A DNA stretch of 64,000 nucleotides from an uncultured Chloroflexia bacterium (GCA_963748625.1 CAVVJT010000004.1:765352-829351); one strand, 5' to 3'. Shown: positions 27,606 through 38,013, counted from the stretch's first letter. The notes: generated by a model from the sequence alone, not told the origin. Program-made: numbers and translations.

Positions 27606-28493
27606 TCAGGCGTCCAGCTCGCACTCCGCTGAGGCGCAGTCGGCTGCGAACCGCGACAGGGCGCCGGCATCGGTCGCGCACGCCCGCACCAGCGTCATCA
27701 CCCGGTCCACGCCGGCGTCGGCATAGCGCCGGAGCAGGTCCACGCGGTCCGCCCCCTCCACCCCGCTCGCGTCCCGCCCGATGTTCACCGAGATCCGCAG
27801 CGTGGCGGGGTCCCGCCCGACCTCCTCGCACCGCGACGCGATCACGGAGCGGTTCCCGACGATCTCCTCGGGCGTGAGCCAGTCGAGGTTCAGCTCGTCC
27901 GCGAACCGCGCGGCCATGCGCCAGGTCCGGTTCGGCCCGTTGCCGCCCACGAGGATCGGGATCCGAGGCTCCTGGAGGCCTCGCGGCACGTTGACCGCGT
28001 CGTGCACCGACGACACCGGCCCGGCGTACGTGGCACGCCCGCCGCCCAGCATCCGGGTCGCGATCTCCAGCGCGTCCTCGAGCGCCTCCATGCGCGTCGC
28101 CAGCGGCGGGAAGCCGAATCCGTACGCGGTGTACTCGTCCTCCTTCCAGCCGGCACCGATGCCCAGCTCCGCCCGGCCGCCGGAGATGACGTCGAGCGTG
28201 GAGATCATCTTCACCGCGAGCGCCGGGTTGCGGTAGCCGGCACACAGCACCAGGTGCCCCAGGCGCACACGGGCGGTCTCCGACGCCAGCGCCGCGAGGG
28301 TGGTGAACGCCTCGAACGTGATCTCGTCGGTGGGTACGGGCTCCGTCTGGACGTGGTCGAATGCCCAGATCGAGTCGAAGCCCAGGGCCTCCGCCTCGTG
28401 GGCGACCGCGACCGTCCGGGCCCAGGCACGGGCCGGATCCCAGCCGTCGAACTCCCCCGTCCAGCCCTGGGGGACGATGATCCCTACGCGCAC
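27606..28493 (-). CDS. LLM-class (probably F420-dependent) oxidoreductase
   Basis: 'MRVGIIVPQGW', 'GFDSIWAFDH', 'RNPALAVKMISTLDVISGGR', 'GIGAGW'. Confidence 0.9.
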   Translation of the reverse strand: MRVGIIVPQGWTGEFDGWDPARAWARTVAVAHEAEALGFDSIWAFDHVQTEPVPTDEITFEAFTTLAALASETARVRLGHLVLCAGYRNPALAVKMISTLDVISGGRAELGIGAGWKEDEYTAYGFGFPPLATRMEALEDALEIATRMLGGGRATYAGPVSSVHDAVNVPRGLQEPRIPILVGGNGPNRTWRMAARFADELNLDWLTPEEIVGNRSVIASRCEEVGRDPATLRISVNIGRDASGVEGADRVDLLRRYADAGVDRVMTLVRACATDAGALSRFAADCASAECELDA

Positions 28494-28567
28494 GGCAGCA
28501 CCTCCGCACGCAGCGTACTCGCCCGGCGTGTCCTCAGACGAGCGCCGGGCGGCCTGTCAACAGTGCG

Positions 28568-29461
28568 TCAGCCGCACTTCTTGGGGTGCGGCGTCGGGTG
28601 CGCGGCGGCGTAGGACACCGAGACCGTGGACACCCAGGAGGACTTCACGAACAGCTTCGGGTACGTGTAGTTCGGGCCCGTGGAGGTCTGGAGCCACACC
28701 TTGTCGTAGCCCGCGCTGAACACCTTGTTCATCTGCGAGGTGAGGCCCGTGGCGAGCGAGTCGATCCTGTACGTGTGCATCTTGTTGTCCGACGTGTACA
28801 CGTAGACGAGCTTGCCGATCAGCTGCGAGCCCTTGTTCTGCTGCCACTCCTTGAGCAGGGGCAGGAACATGCCGGTGCGAGCGTGGGCGAAGATGAAGGT
28901 GGCCCAGTCGCTTGGCTCACGCGGCTGGCTGAGTGCCCCGTTGTACAGGGCGACGTTGCACAGCGGATACCCGGCGTTCCCGCGGATGACCGCCATGTCG
29001 ATGCCCTTGCCCATCACGCCCTGGGTCGGGACCCGCACGCGCGTGGCATGGGCGAAGTTGAGCAGACCGCACTTCACGGACTTGCCGCTCACGATCTTGA
29101 GCGACAGGACCTTGTACCAGTTGGCCTCCCAGACCGCCTTGGTCTTGGCATTGGAGAGCACCTTCGAGACGTTCAGCGCGCCCTTCGCGTTGGTCGTGGG
29201 GTAACCGACCACCGTGACCGCCTTGCCCAGGGCACTGCACCTGCCGCGATACACCGTGGCCTTGTAGGTGGCCGACTTCTTGAGCCCCTTGAGCGCCCAG
29301 GTCATCTTGCCGGTGGCATCGGTGTTGTACGTGAACGTCCCCGAGCCGGCCGTGCCGAACGAGGCCCTGAAGACGCGCTGGGGGGCGCTGGCCGCCTGCA
29401 CCGGTGCGGCCATCAGGCCGACGAGCAGGAGGGCGAGGATGAAGGCGGCGGGACGTCGCAC
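28568..29461 (-). CDS. Secreted protein with a C-terminal sortase-like domain (catalytic Cys replaced by Ser)
   Basis: Signal peptide; 'TFIFAHARTGMFLPL', 'VYVYTSD..MHTYRI', 'VWLQTSTGP...PKLFV' align by eye to the sortase H...TLxTC...RLVV layout. Confidence 0.6.
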   Translation of the reverse strand: MRRPAAFILALLLVGLMAAPVQAASAPQRVFRASFGTAGSGTFTYNTDATGKMTWALKGLKKSATYKATVYRGRCSALGKAVTVVGYPTTNAKGALNVSKVLSNAKTKAVWEANWYKVLSLKIVSGKSVKCGLLNFAHATRVRVPTQGVMGKGIDMAVIRGNAGYPLCNVALYNGALSQPREPSDWATFIFAHARTGMFLPLLKEWQQNKGSQLIGKLVYVYTSDNKMHTYRIDSLATGLTSQMNKVFSAGYDKVWLQTSTGPNYTYPKLFVKSSWVSTVSVSYAAAHPTPHPKKCG

Positions 29462-29589
29462 GAATAGACCTCGGATACGGATAAGTGCATCGTAAGGATG
29501 CCCCATGTCCGGGAACCATGGGAATAGCGGGGCAGGACCTTGCGGTGCGCCGGTGCACCCGAACGGTGCGCCTGTGCACCCGATCCGTT

Positions 29590-29675
29590 TGGCGGCGGTC
29601 CTGGCGGCGGTCCCTGGCGGGGTCCTTACCGGCGATCCCTGGCGGGGTCCCTGGCGGCGGTCCCTGGCGGCGGTT
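29590..29675 (+). repeat. Degenerate 12-13 bp tandem repeat TGGCGGCGGTCCC, about 7 copies
   Basis: Read directly; a 21-bp duplication also lies at about 29543-29583. Confidence 0.8.
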
Positions 29676-30062
29676 CTAGCGGCGCTCGAGGATGGGGCGA
29701 GCCTTCTCTGGATCGTCCACCACGAAGGCGAAGGTCGCCCGGTCGCTCCAGCGGCCGAGGAACAGGTGGCCCAGGACGTTGACCCCAGCGTCCGACAGCT
29801 CGCGTGCGATGCGCGCCATGCCGCCCGGGCGATCGTCCACCTCGGCGAGGAGCGACTCGCCCTCGAGGAAGGTCCAGCCGCCGTCCTCCAGCACGGAGCG
29901 CGCCTTGTCATCGTCGGCCGTGGTCATGATGAAGTGGCCGACCTCGCCCAGGCCGCCCCCACCGATGGCGCGCAGGTCCACGCCACTCTCCGCCATCTGC
30001 TCCGCGAGGCGGGCCATCTCACCGGGCTTGTTGGTGACCTGGACGACGAACTGCCTGGGCAT
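29676..30062 (-). CDS. Double ACT-domain protein
   Basis: 'NKPGEMARL' and 'DDRPGGMARI'; GGAGG RBS. Confidence 0.88.
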   Translation of the reverse strand: MPRQFVVQVTNKPGEMARLAEQMAESGVDLRAIGGGGLGEVGHFIMTTADDDKARSVLEDGGWTFLEGESLLAEVDDRPGGMARIARELSDAGVNVLGHLFLGRWSDRATFAFVVDDPEKARPILERR

Positions 30063-30140
30063 CGGTGCCTCCGGGCGGCTGGTGCCGCGGCTTGAACAGG
30101 ATCGAGGTGAGCGATTCTCGCACGGGCGCGGGTCGCGTGC

Positions 30141-31619
30141 CTATAGGGTCCGGGCCTCATCGCGCAACAGGACCGCACGCCGGTACATCTCCAGGTAGCG
30201 CGGCGCGGATCCGGTGACCCAGTTGAAGTCCTCGGCCATCCCGCGGTCCACCAGGGCCGCCCACGCGGCGGGACGAGCCCGCAGCGCCGCAGCGCGCCGG
30301 ATGGCCGCGAGCAGCGCCTCGGGCGTGGCCTCATCGAAGACGAAGCCCGTGCCCGTTCGCGGCCGCTCGGCGGCGTCCACCACGCTGTCCGCGAGGCCAC
30401 CCGTCCGACGCACGATCGGTGGCGTGCCATACCTGAGGGCGATCATCTGCCCTTGCCCGCACGGCTCGAAGCGCGATGGCATGAGGAAGGCGTCGGCGCC
30501 CGCATAGATGCGGCGAGCCATATCCCGGTCGAACCGCTCGATGAGCGCGACACGGCCGGTGCTGGCCCGCGCAAGGGCCCGGAACGGATCCGCCAGGGAC
30601 GCATGCCCGCTGCCTTGCACGATCACCCGGACGCCGTCCGCCAGCAGGTCGTCCATGGCGCCCGCCAGCAGGTCGAAGCCCTTCTGGGGGTCCATGCGCC
30701 CGATCATGCCGACGACCAGACCGTCGTCGTCGGGGTCGAGTCCGTTGCGCGTGAGCAGGTCCACGCGGCAGGCCGCTTTGCCGGCGGTGTCGCCGCGGCC
30801 GTACGGGGCGGCGAGCGCAGGATCGGAGGCCGGGTCCCAGACAGCCGGGTCGATTCCGTTGAGGATGCCCAGGAACCGATCCCCCTTTGCCTGCAGCGCA
30901 CCATCAAGCCCCATGCCGAACTCCGGCGTGAGCGCCTCGCGGGCGAACCCGGGCGACACCGTATTGGCGATCTCCGCTCCCTCGATCGCGGTCAGCAGCA
31001 GGTCGAGGCCGGCCGGATTGGCGCCCGCCAGGGCCGAGCCGGGGACGACACCCAGCTGCGCCTCCTGGGCCAGGGGCGTCCAGCCGTGGTAGGCCAGGTT
31101 GTGCAGGGTCACCGCGATCGCCGTGCCCGCGAGGAACGGATCGCCCGCGGCCTCGGCGCGGGCACGCTCCAGGACGGCTGGGCCCGTGTGCCAGTCGTGG
31201 AGATGCAGCACGTCGAGCGGCAGGCCATCGCGGCGGAGGGCTGCAATCGCCACCCTGCAGAACACGGCGAAGCGCCAGGCGTCATCGGGATGGTCGTAGT
31301 AGCCATCCCGGTCGAAGGCCTTGGGCACGTCCACGAGGCGCAGGCGATAGCCGTCGGCGGCGACATTGACGAGGGAGGCCTTGAGCGCTCGGCCGCCGTG
31401 CGGATTGGGGATCGTGAGGGCGGGCTCGGTCACCGCGGCCGCGGGCACCGGCACGCCGCGGTAGCGGGGCATGAACACGTCGACGGGCGCGTGCAGCTCC
31501 GTACCCGCCTCGGGGATGCGGCCGAGCGCCCGGGCGAGCGCATCCACCACGTCGGCGAGCCCGCCGGTCTTGGCCCAGGGCTCGCACTCCGCGGCGAGCA
31601 TCGCGACTCTCAGCGTCAT
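30141..31619 (-). CDS. glgA: Glycogen synthase
   Basis: KTGGLADV, HLHDWH, 'GILNGID', 'PSRFEPCG', 'RRTGGLAD'. Confidence 0.95.
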   Translation of the reverse strand: MTLRVAMLAAECEPWAKTGGLADVVDALARALGRIPEAGTELHAPVDVFMPRYRGVPVPAAAVTEPALTIPNPHGGRALKASLVNVAADGYRLRLVDVPKAFDRDGYYDHPDDAWRFAVFCRVAIAALRRDGLPLDVLHLHDWHTGPAVLERARAEAAGDPFLAGTAIAVTLHNLAYHGWTPLAQEAQLGVVPGSALAGANPAGLDLLLTAIEGAEIANTVSPGFAREALTPEFGMGLDGALQAKGDRFLGILNGIDPAVWDPASDPALAAPYGRGDTAGKAACRVDLLTRNGLDPDDDGLVVGMIGRMDPQKGFDLLAGAMDDLLADGVRVIVQGSGHASLADPFRALARASTGRVALIERFDRDMARRIYAGADAFLMPSRFEPCGQGQMIALRYGTPPIVRRTGGLADSVVDAAERPRTGTGFVFDEATPEALLAAIRRAAALRARPAAWAALVDRGMAEDFNWVTGSAPRYLEMYRRAVLLRDEARTL

Positions 31620-31676
31620 GCGGGGATCGTACTGCCGCACGCGGTGCCGATTCCGGCGCTGGCGCCCGCGGCCGGC

Positions 31677-31766
31677 GGCGCGACGTGGCTGCCAACCGCC
31701 GGCGCGACGTGGCCTGCCAACCGCCCGGCGACGTGGCTGCCGGCGCGACGTTCCTGCCAACCGCCC
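31677..31766 (+). repeat. Degenerate ~24-bp repeat GGCGCGACGTGGCTGCCAACCGCC, about 4 copies
   Basis: Read directly in the glgA-glgP intergenic region. Confidence 0.75.
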
Positions 31767-31920
31767 AGCGGGCACTGTGTGCAGGGTTTGACACAGGTCT
31801 GCCGTCTGGCGGGCAGCCGACGGGTCCTAAGGGCGATTCGGGGCCTGGCATGCCGCTGGGCGGGACGAGTGGACGGAATTCGTTACGCACGGCCCGCTGA
31901 GCGGGATCCACGGCTGGGGC

Positions 31921-32043
31921 GGACCAGGCCGGACCACCGGACCAGGCCGGACCACCGGACCAGGCCGGACCACCGGACCAGGCCGGACCACCGGACCAGG
32001 CCGGACCACCGGACCAGGCCGGACCACCGGACCAGGCCGGACC
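31921..32043 (+). repeat. Perfect 18-bp tandem repeat GGACCAGGCCGGACCACC, 6.8 copies
   Basis: Six full units plus 15 nt; no spacers. Confidence 0.95.
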
Positions 32044-32125
32044 CGATCGCAGCGTGGCACCGGTCGCAACCCGATCGCTAAACCGGTTCACAAGATCGGC
32101 CCATTCCGTCTAGAATGCCGACCTC

Positions 32126-34306
32126 ATGGAGTCACTCGTTCGCGTTCCCGTCGCGCCCGGCGCGCCATTCCACCTGCCGCCGCGCCTTGAGGGCCTGCGT
32201 CGTCTCGCCTACAACATGTGGTGGGCGTGGCATCCACGCGCCCGGGTGATGTTCTCGCGGATCGACGCGGCCGCCTGGGCCCGCTACCGGAACCCCATTC
32301 CCGTCCTCCAGGGCCCGGTGAACTGGCAGGGCCTGCTCGAGACGCCGATCTTCATGGCCGAGTACGCGAGCATCCTGGCCGAGTTCGACGCCTACATGGC
32401 CAACGGATCGGACCGCTGGTTCCAGCGCAATCACGCTGAGGCCTTCTCGGGTCCCATCGCCTACTTCTGCGCCGAGTACGGCTTCCATGAGGCACTCGGG
32501 ATCTACTCCGGAGGCCTTGGCGTCCTCGCCGGCGACCACATGAAGACCGCCTCGGACATGGCCGTGCCCATGGTCGGCGTGGGCCTCATGTACCGCAAGG
32601 GCTACTTCCGCCAGTCCATCGATGCGGACGGGCACCAGGAGCACAACTACCCCGACTTCGACCTCAAGAGCCTGCCCATCCTGCGCGCGCTCGACCAGGT
32701 CGGCGAGCCGCTCACGGTGTCGGTGCCTCTCCCTGACCGCGACCTGGCGGCGGCTGTCTGGGTCGCGCAGGTGGGCCGCGTTCCCGTGTTGCTGCTTGAC
32801 ACGGACGTCCCCGACAACGACGACTCCGATCGCCCGATCACCCACATCCTGTACGTCCGCGGACGCGAGATGCGCCTGCACCAGGAGCTGGTCCTCGGTG
32901 TCGGCGGTACGCGGGCGCTCCGCAAACTGGGCCTTGACCCGGCGGTCTGGCACCTCAACGAGGGCCACTCCGCGTTCCTGCTTGCGGAGCGGGCACGGGA
33001 GCTTGTCGCCTGCGGCGTCGATCTCGACGCTGCGTGGGGCAAGGTCAGGCGCAACGCCGTGTTCACGATCCACACCCCGGTCTCCGCGGGCAACGAGCGC
33101 TTCGATGCCGACCTCGTGCGCCAGGTGGCCGGCCCCTTGCTCGACGGCGACGGCCGCCCGGACACCGGCGGCGTGTCGCTCGATCACGTGCTGGAGCTGG
33201 GCTTGGGCGTGGATGGCGATCGCAGCCAGTTCGACATGACGGCCTTCTCGCTGCGGCTCACCAACGGCGCGAACGCCGTGAGCCAGCTCCACGGCCACAC
33301 GGCGAACGCGACCTGGACGGGCATCACGCCGCACGAGATCCTGGGCCTCACCAACGGCGTCCACACGCCCACGTGGGTCGGCCAGCCGCTGCGCGACACC
33401 CTCAAGCGGTACGTCAACGCCGATCTCGACACCATGGACGACGCCCCGGAGCACCGGTTCTGGGAACGCCTCGACCGCCTGCCCACCGCCGACCTGTGGG
33501 AGGCGCACCAGCGCCAGAAGCTGGAACTCGCGATCTTCGCCCGCGGCCGGCTCCGCAACCAGTTCGCCCGCCACGGCGAGGCGCCCGGCGTCCTCGAGGA
33601 GCTCGAGGACGTGCTCGATCCGCGGATCCTGACCATCGGGTTCGCCCGCCGGTTCGCCACCTACAAGCGCGCCTCGCTCCTGTTCAGCGACATCGACCGG
33701 CTCGCCCGGATGGTGTGGGACCAGGACCGGCCGCTCCAGATCGTCTTCGCCGGCAAGGCCCACCCGGCCGACCGGCCAGGCCAGGGCGTCATCCAGGAGA
33801 TCTTCGGCAAGTCGCGTAGCCCCAAGCTCCGCGGCCGCGTGTTCATCATGGAGGACTACGACATCCGCATCGCCCGCTTCCTGGTCGCGGGCGTGGATGT
33901 CTGGCTGAACAACCCGCGCCGCCCGCTTGAGGCGTCGGGCACCTCGGGCATGAAGGCCGCCGCGAACGGCGTGCTCAACGTGTCGGTGCTCGACGGCTGG
34001 TGGGACGAGGGTTGGACCGGCGACAACGGCTGGGCCATCGGGGGAAGGGAGACGAACCCCGACGAGGGCGCCCAGGACTGGGCCGATGCCCAGGACCTGT
34101 ACCGGATCCTGGAGCAGGAGCTCATCCCGGCCTACTACGACCGGGACGCGGACGGCCTGCCCGCGAGGTGGGCGCAGCTCATGCGCAACTCGATCGCCAG
34201 CTCGATCTGGCGGTTCTCGACCTCGAGGATGCTCCACGAGTACGTCGAGCGGCTCTACGTCCCGGCCACCGGCTTCGGGTCGGACGTCGAGACACCCAGC
34301 TCCTGA
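32126..34306 (+). CDS. glgP: Alpha-glucan (glycogen) phosphorylase
   Basis: 'YSGGLGVLAGD', 'HLNEGH', 'FARRFATYKR', PLP motif 'EASGTSGMK'. Confidence 0.96.
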   Translation: MESLVRVPVAPGAPFHLPPRLEGLRRLAYNMWWAWHPRARVMFSRIDAAAWARYRNPIPVLQGPVNWQGLLETPIFMAEYASILAEFDAYMANGSDRWFQRNHAEAFSGPIAYFCAEYGFHEALGIYSGGLGVLAGDHMKTASDMAVPMVGVGLMYRKGYFRQSIDADGHQEHNYPDFDLKSLPILRALDQVGEPLTVSVPLPDRDLAAAVWVAQVGRVPVLLLDTDVPDNDDSDRPITHILYVRGREMRLHQELVLGVGGTRALRKLGLDPAVWHLNEGHSAFLLAERARELVACGVDLDAAWGKVRRNAVFTIHTPVSAGNERFDADLVRQVAGPLLDGDGRPDTGGVSLDHVLELGLGVDGDRSQFDMTAFSLRLTNGANAVSQLHGHTANATWTGITPHEILGLTNGVHTPTWVGQPLRDTLKRYVNADLDTMDDAPEHRFWERLDRLPTADLWEAHQRQKLELAIFARGRLRNQFARHGEAPGVLEELEDVLDPRILTIGFARRFATYKRASLLFSDIDRLARMVWDQDRPLQIVFAGKAHPADRPGQGVIQEIFGKSRSPKLRGRVFIMEDYDIRIARFLVAGVDVWLNNPRRPLEASGTSGMKAAANGVLNVSVLDGWWDEGWTGDNGWAIGGRETNPDEGAQDWADAQDLYRILEQELIPAYYDRDADGLPARWAQLMRNSIASSIWRFSTSRMLHEYVERLYVPATGFGSDVETPSS

Positions 34307-34357
34307 CCATCCGCGGCAGGCATCCACCGCTTGCCGCCACACCGAGAGGTCCACCCG

Positions 34358-36517
34358 TTGGCCCCGAGAATCTCGCTGGCCCTCGCGATCCACAACCACC
34401 AGCCCGTGGGAAACTTCGGCTGGGTGTTCGCCGAGGTCTACGACCGCGCCTACCTGCCCATGCTCGAGGCGCTCGAGCGGCACCCGGGCGTCCGCCTGTC
34501 GCTCCACTACACCGGTCCCCTGCTCGAGTGGCTCACGGCCGAGCGCCCCGACTTCCTCGAGCGGCTCGGCGCCCTCGTCCGGAGCGGGCAGGTGGAGCTC
34601 CTTGGTGGCGGCCTGTACGAGCCGATCCTCGCGTCGCTGCCCGAGCACGACCGGATCGACCAGCTGCGCCGCATGGCCGACACCCTCGAGCGCATCACCG
34701 GGGCGCCGCCGAAGGGCGCGTGGCTCGCGGAGCGCGTCTGGGAGCCGGACCTGCCCACGTCGCTCGTCAAGGCCGGCTACCAGTGGACGATCCTCGACGA
34801 TCAGCACTTCCGCGCGGCCGCCATCCCGGAGGCGAACCTCTGGGGCGCCTACACCACCGAGGATCAGGGCAACCTGCTGACCGTCTTCGGGACCGAGCAG
34901 GGCCTCCGCTACCGGGTCCCGTTCGGAGGCGTCGACGACGTCATCGCCTACCTGCGCGACCACGCCACCGAGGCCGGCGACCGCGTGGGCATGATGGGTG
35001 ACGATGGCGAGAAGTTCGGCGCGTGGCCCACCACCTACGAGCACTGCTGGGGTGAGGGCCGCTGGGTGGAGCGCTTCTTCGAGGCGCTCGAGGCCAACGC
35101 GGACTGGCTCTCCACCGTCACGCCGTCGCAGTGGCTGGCCAAGGAGCCGCCGATCGGCCGCGTGTACGTGCCCACCTCCTCGTACGCCGAGATGGGCGAG
35201 TGGTCCCTGCCGCCCGACGAGACGGTGGTGTTCACCGGGCTGCTCCACGACGCCCAGGCGCGCAAGGACCCGGCCGCCCGCTGGCTGCGTGGCGGGTTCT
35301 GGCGCAACTTCCAGGTCAAGTACCGCGAGATCAACGACCTCCACAAGCAGATGCTGCGCGCCTCGGCCAAGGTCGCGGCGATGCCCGAGGGTGCACCGAA
35401 AGACCTCGCGCTCGATCACCTCCACCGCGGCCAGTCCAACGACTGCTACTGGCACGGCCTGTTCGGCGGCATCTACATCAGCCACATGCGGCTGGCCACC
35501 CACGAGCACCTGATCGCTGCCGAGGACGCGGCCGACGCCGCGCTCGGGACGGCACGGGCCTTCGAGCAGCTCGACCTCGACATGGACGGCCTGCTGGAGG
35601 TCCGCCTCGCGGAGCCCGGCCAGGTCGTGACGGTCAAGCCCGCCGAGGGTGCGGGCATCGGCGCCTGGGACATCCGTGCCGCCCGTCACGCGCTGGCCTC
35701 GGTGCTGCGACGGCGCCCGGAGGCGTACCACCAGACGCTGCGCGCGCACGACGCCAAGGATCCGGCCGAGCAAGCCGCGCCCGCGGCGGACGGTGCCGTC
35801 ACCTCCATCCATGACATCGTCATGGTCAAGGAGGAGGGGCTCTCGGCCCATCTCCACTACGACGCCTACGAGCGGCGCACGGGCCTGGTCCGCTTCCTCG
35901 AGCCGGACGTCACGCCCGATGCCGTCGCCACCGCCACCGAGCGAGAGCTGGCGGACTTCCGCGACGCACTGTTCGCCGTGGACCACCTCGCGCCCGGGCA
36001 GGTCTCCCTCTCGCACCAGGGCAACATCCTGGGCCAGCCGGCGGGTCTGTCCAAGACGATCCGCCTGCAGGGAGGGCGCCTGGACCCCGAGCTCGTGATC
36101 GAGCTGGAGTTGCACCACCGCGGCACGGAGCCCGTCGAGACCCGCATGGGCGTGGAGCTCGCACTCCACCTGCTGGGCGGCGGCGGCAACCCGTCGGCCT
36201 GGTACGACGTCCGCGGCGTCCGCAGCGCCCACGACGGCAGCGGCATGGCCCACCTCGTCGAGGCCATCGGCTTCGGGAACGACTGGGTCGGCGTGGCGGT
36301 CGAGGCACGCCCGGAGCCCGCGGCCGACGCATGGTGGAGCCCGATCGAGACCGTGTCCAACTCCGAATCCGGCTTCGAGCGGGTCTACCAGGGCAGCTCG
36401 CTGCTGCTCTCGTGGGTCGTGCGCCTGGAGCCCGGTGAGCAGCGCCGCTTCGCGGTCCGCCAGCGCGTCACCGTCGCCCGCGACCGGGCAGCCGAGGAGG
36501 CCGCACCCTCCGTCTGA
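34358..36517 (+). CDS. GH57 4-alpha-glucanotransferase/alpha-amylase (DUF1925/DUF1926 type)
   Basis: 'HNHQPVGNF', 'WLAERVWEP', 'DDGEKFG', 'QSNDCYWHG', 'ETVSNSESGFERVYQG'; TTG start after GAGG. Confidence 0.92.
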   Translation: MAPRISLALAIHNHQPVGNFGWVFAEVYDRAYLPMLEALERHPGVRLSLHYTGPLLEWLTAERPDFLERLGALVRSGQVELLGGGLYEPILASLPEHDRIDQLRRMADTLERITGAPPKGAWLAERVWEPDLPTSLVKAGYQWTILDDQHFRAAAIPEANLWGAYTTEDQGNLLTVFGTEQGLRYRVPFGGVDDVIAYLRDHATEAGDRVGMMGDDGEKFGAWPTTYEHCWGEGRWVERFFEALEANADWLSTVTPSQWLAKEPPIGRVYVPTSSYAEMGEWSLPPDETVVFTGLLHDAQARKDPAARWLRGGFWRNFQVKYREINDLHKQMLRASAKVAAMPEGAPKDLALDHLHRGQSNDCYWHGLFGGIYISHMRLATHEHLIAAEDAADAALGTARAFEQLDLDMDGLLEVRLAEPGQVVTVKPAEGAGIGAWDIRAARHALASVLRRRPEAYHQTLRAHDAKDPAEQAAPAADGAVTSIHDIVMVKEEGLSAHLHYDAYERRTGLVRFLEPDVTPDAVATATERELADFRDALFAVDHLAPGQVSLSHQGNILGQPAGLSKTIRLQGGRLDPELVIELELHHRGTEPVETRMGVELALHLLGGGGNPSAWYDVRGVRSAHDGSGMAHLVEAIGFGNDWVGVAVEARPEPAADAWWSPIETVSNSESGFERVYQGSSLLLSWVVRLEPGEQRRFAVRQRVTVARDRAAEEAAPSV

Positions 36518-36585
36518 ACGAGGCGCTTGGACGAGCGCCTCGGCGGCGGCTCGCGCAAGGTGGCCGGGATGCGAGAATTCCCGCC

Positions 36586-38013
36586 ATGTCGTCGCGCCCC
36601 CGCCTGGTCGTCCACGCCCACTTCTACCAGCCCCTGCGGGCTGACCCGTGGACGGGCCGGGTGCCCCCGGACGCCTCGGCCGCTCCGGCGCGGGACTGGA
36701 CGGCCAGGGTCACCGCGGAGTGCTACCGGCCGATCGCGGAACGCGACACCCTCGAGCATGCCTCGTGGAACCTCGGCCCCACGCTCACCGCCTACCTCGC
36801 CGACGAAGCGCCGGACGTCCTCGCGGGGTTCCGCGCCGCCGATGAGCGCGGACGCGACGAGCACAGCGGTCCCGGCATCGCCCAGTCCTTCCACCACGCG
36901 ATCCTGCCGCTCGCCTCGCTCCACGACCGGCGGACCGAGGTCCGCTGGGGCCTGCGGGACTTCGAGCACCGCTTCGGACGGCGGGCCGACGCGATGTGGC
37001 TGCCCGAGACCGCCGTGGACAATGCGACGCTCGCGGTGATGGCGGCCGAGGGCGTGCGGGCCACCATCCTCGCCCCCTGGCAGGCGGACACGAGCCACCT
37101 CGAGAATCGGCCCTATCACGTGGCCACCGGCAACGGCCACATCGACGTGGTCTTCTACGACGCCAGCCTGTCCGGCGCAGTCTCCTTCGAGCCCGATGTC
37201 ACCGCGGACGCCGACCGCTTCGCACGCGAGCGTATCGGGCCACGCCTGGCGGGCCGGCTCGGTGGGGGCGATGTCCCGGTGGTGGCGATCGCGAGCGACG
37301 GCGAGCTCTACGGCCACCACCAGTCGTTCCGCGACCTCTTCCTCGACCGGCTCGTCGCCCCCGACCAGGAGATCTCCGACCGCGGCTTCGACGCCGTGTC
37401 CCTCTCCCGGGCGACGGCCGAGCGCGATGGCACGGAGCATCCGGAGATCAAGATCCGCGAGCGCACCTCGTGGAGCTGCCACCACGGCGTTCTGCGCTGG
37501 TCCGGCGAGTGCCCATGCGCGCACGACGGCCGGTGGAAGGCGCCGCTCCGGGCGGCGTTCGAGCGGCTCGCGGGCGCCATCGACACGGTGACCGATGGGC
37601 TTGCCGCCGACATCCCCGGCGCGATCGACATCTGGGGCGCGCGGGACCGGTTCGTGGACGTGGTGATCGGCGCCGAGGAGGCCGATGCGTTCGCCGCGCG
37701 CGAGCTGGGCCCGCTCGCCGATGCAGCCGCCCGGCGCCGCCTGCTCGACATCCTTGAGGCGCAGCGGTGGCGCCTGGCGATGTTCTCGTCGTGCGGCTGG
37801 TACTGGGACGACCCGTGGCGTCCCGAGACACGCCAGGTCATGCGCTGTGCGGCGCGCGCGGTCCGGATCATGGACGGGCACGCGGGAACCACCCTCGAGC
37901 ACCGGCTGGTCGCTGATCTTGCGACGCTCTCGTCACCGGCCCTGGGGGTGGACGGCGCGACGATCTACCGCCACGCCCTCGCCGAGATCGGGCAGCCCCC
38001 GCCGCACGTCTAG
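36586..38013 (+). CDS. GH57-family DUF3536 protein
   Basis: 'HAHFYQP', 'WLPETAV', 'DGELYGHH', 'SWSCHHG', 'MFSSCGW'. Confidence 0.88.
   Translation: MSSRPRLVVHAHFYQPLRADPWTGRVPPDASAAPARDWTARVTAECYRPIAERDTLEHASWNLGPTLTAYLADEAPDVLAGFRAADERGRDEHSGPGIAQSFHHAILPLASLHDRRTEVRWGLRDFEHRFGRRADAMWLPETAVDNATLAVMAAEGVRATILAPWQADTSHLENRPYHVATGNGHIDVVFYDASLSGAVSFEPDVTADADRFARERIGPRLAGRLGGGDVPVVAIASDGELYGHHQSFRDLFLDRLVAPDQEISDRGFDAVSLSRATAERDGTEHPEIKIRERTSWSCHHGVLRWSGECPCAHDGRWKAPLRAAFERLAGAIDTVTDGLAADIPGAIDIWGARDRFVDVVIGAEEADAFAARELGPLADAAARRRLLDILEAQRWRLAMFSSCGWYWDDPWRPETRQVMRCAARAVRIMDGHAGTTLEHRLVADLATLSSPALGVDGATIYRHALAEIGQPPPHV

Noticed and set aside
31921-32043. Possible CRISPR array
   Set aside because: Perfect head-to-tail 18-bp units with no unique spacers, and no cas genes in the window.
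32132-36253. 1373-aa antisense ORF and similar long overlapping ORFs (e.g. 18769..21171, 44493..46952)
   Set aside because: Shadow ORFs expected from high-GC codon bias opposite well-supported genes; no recognisable motifs.
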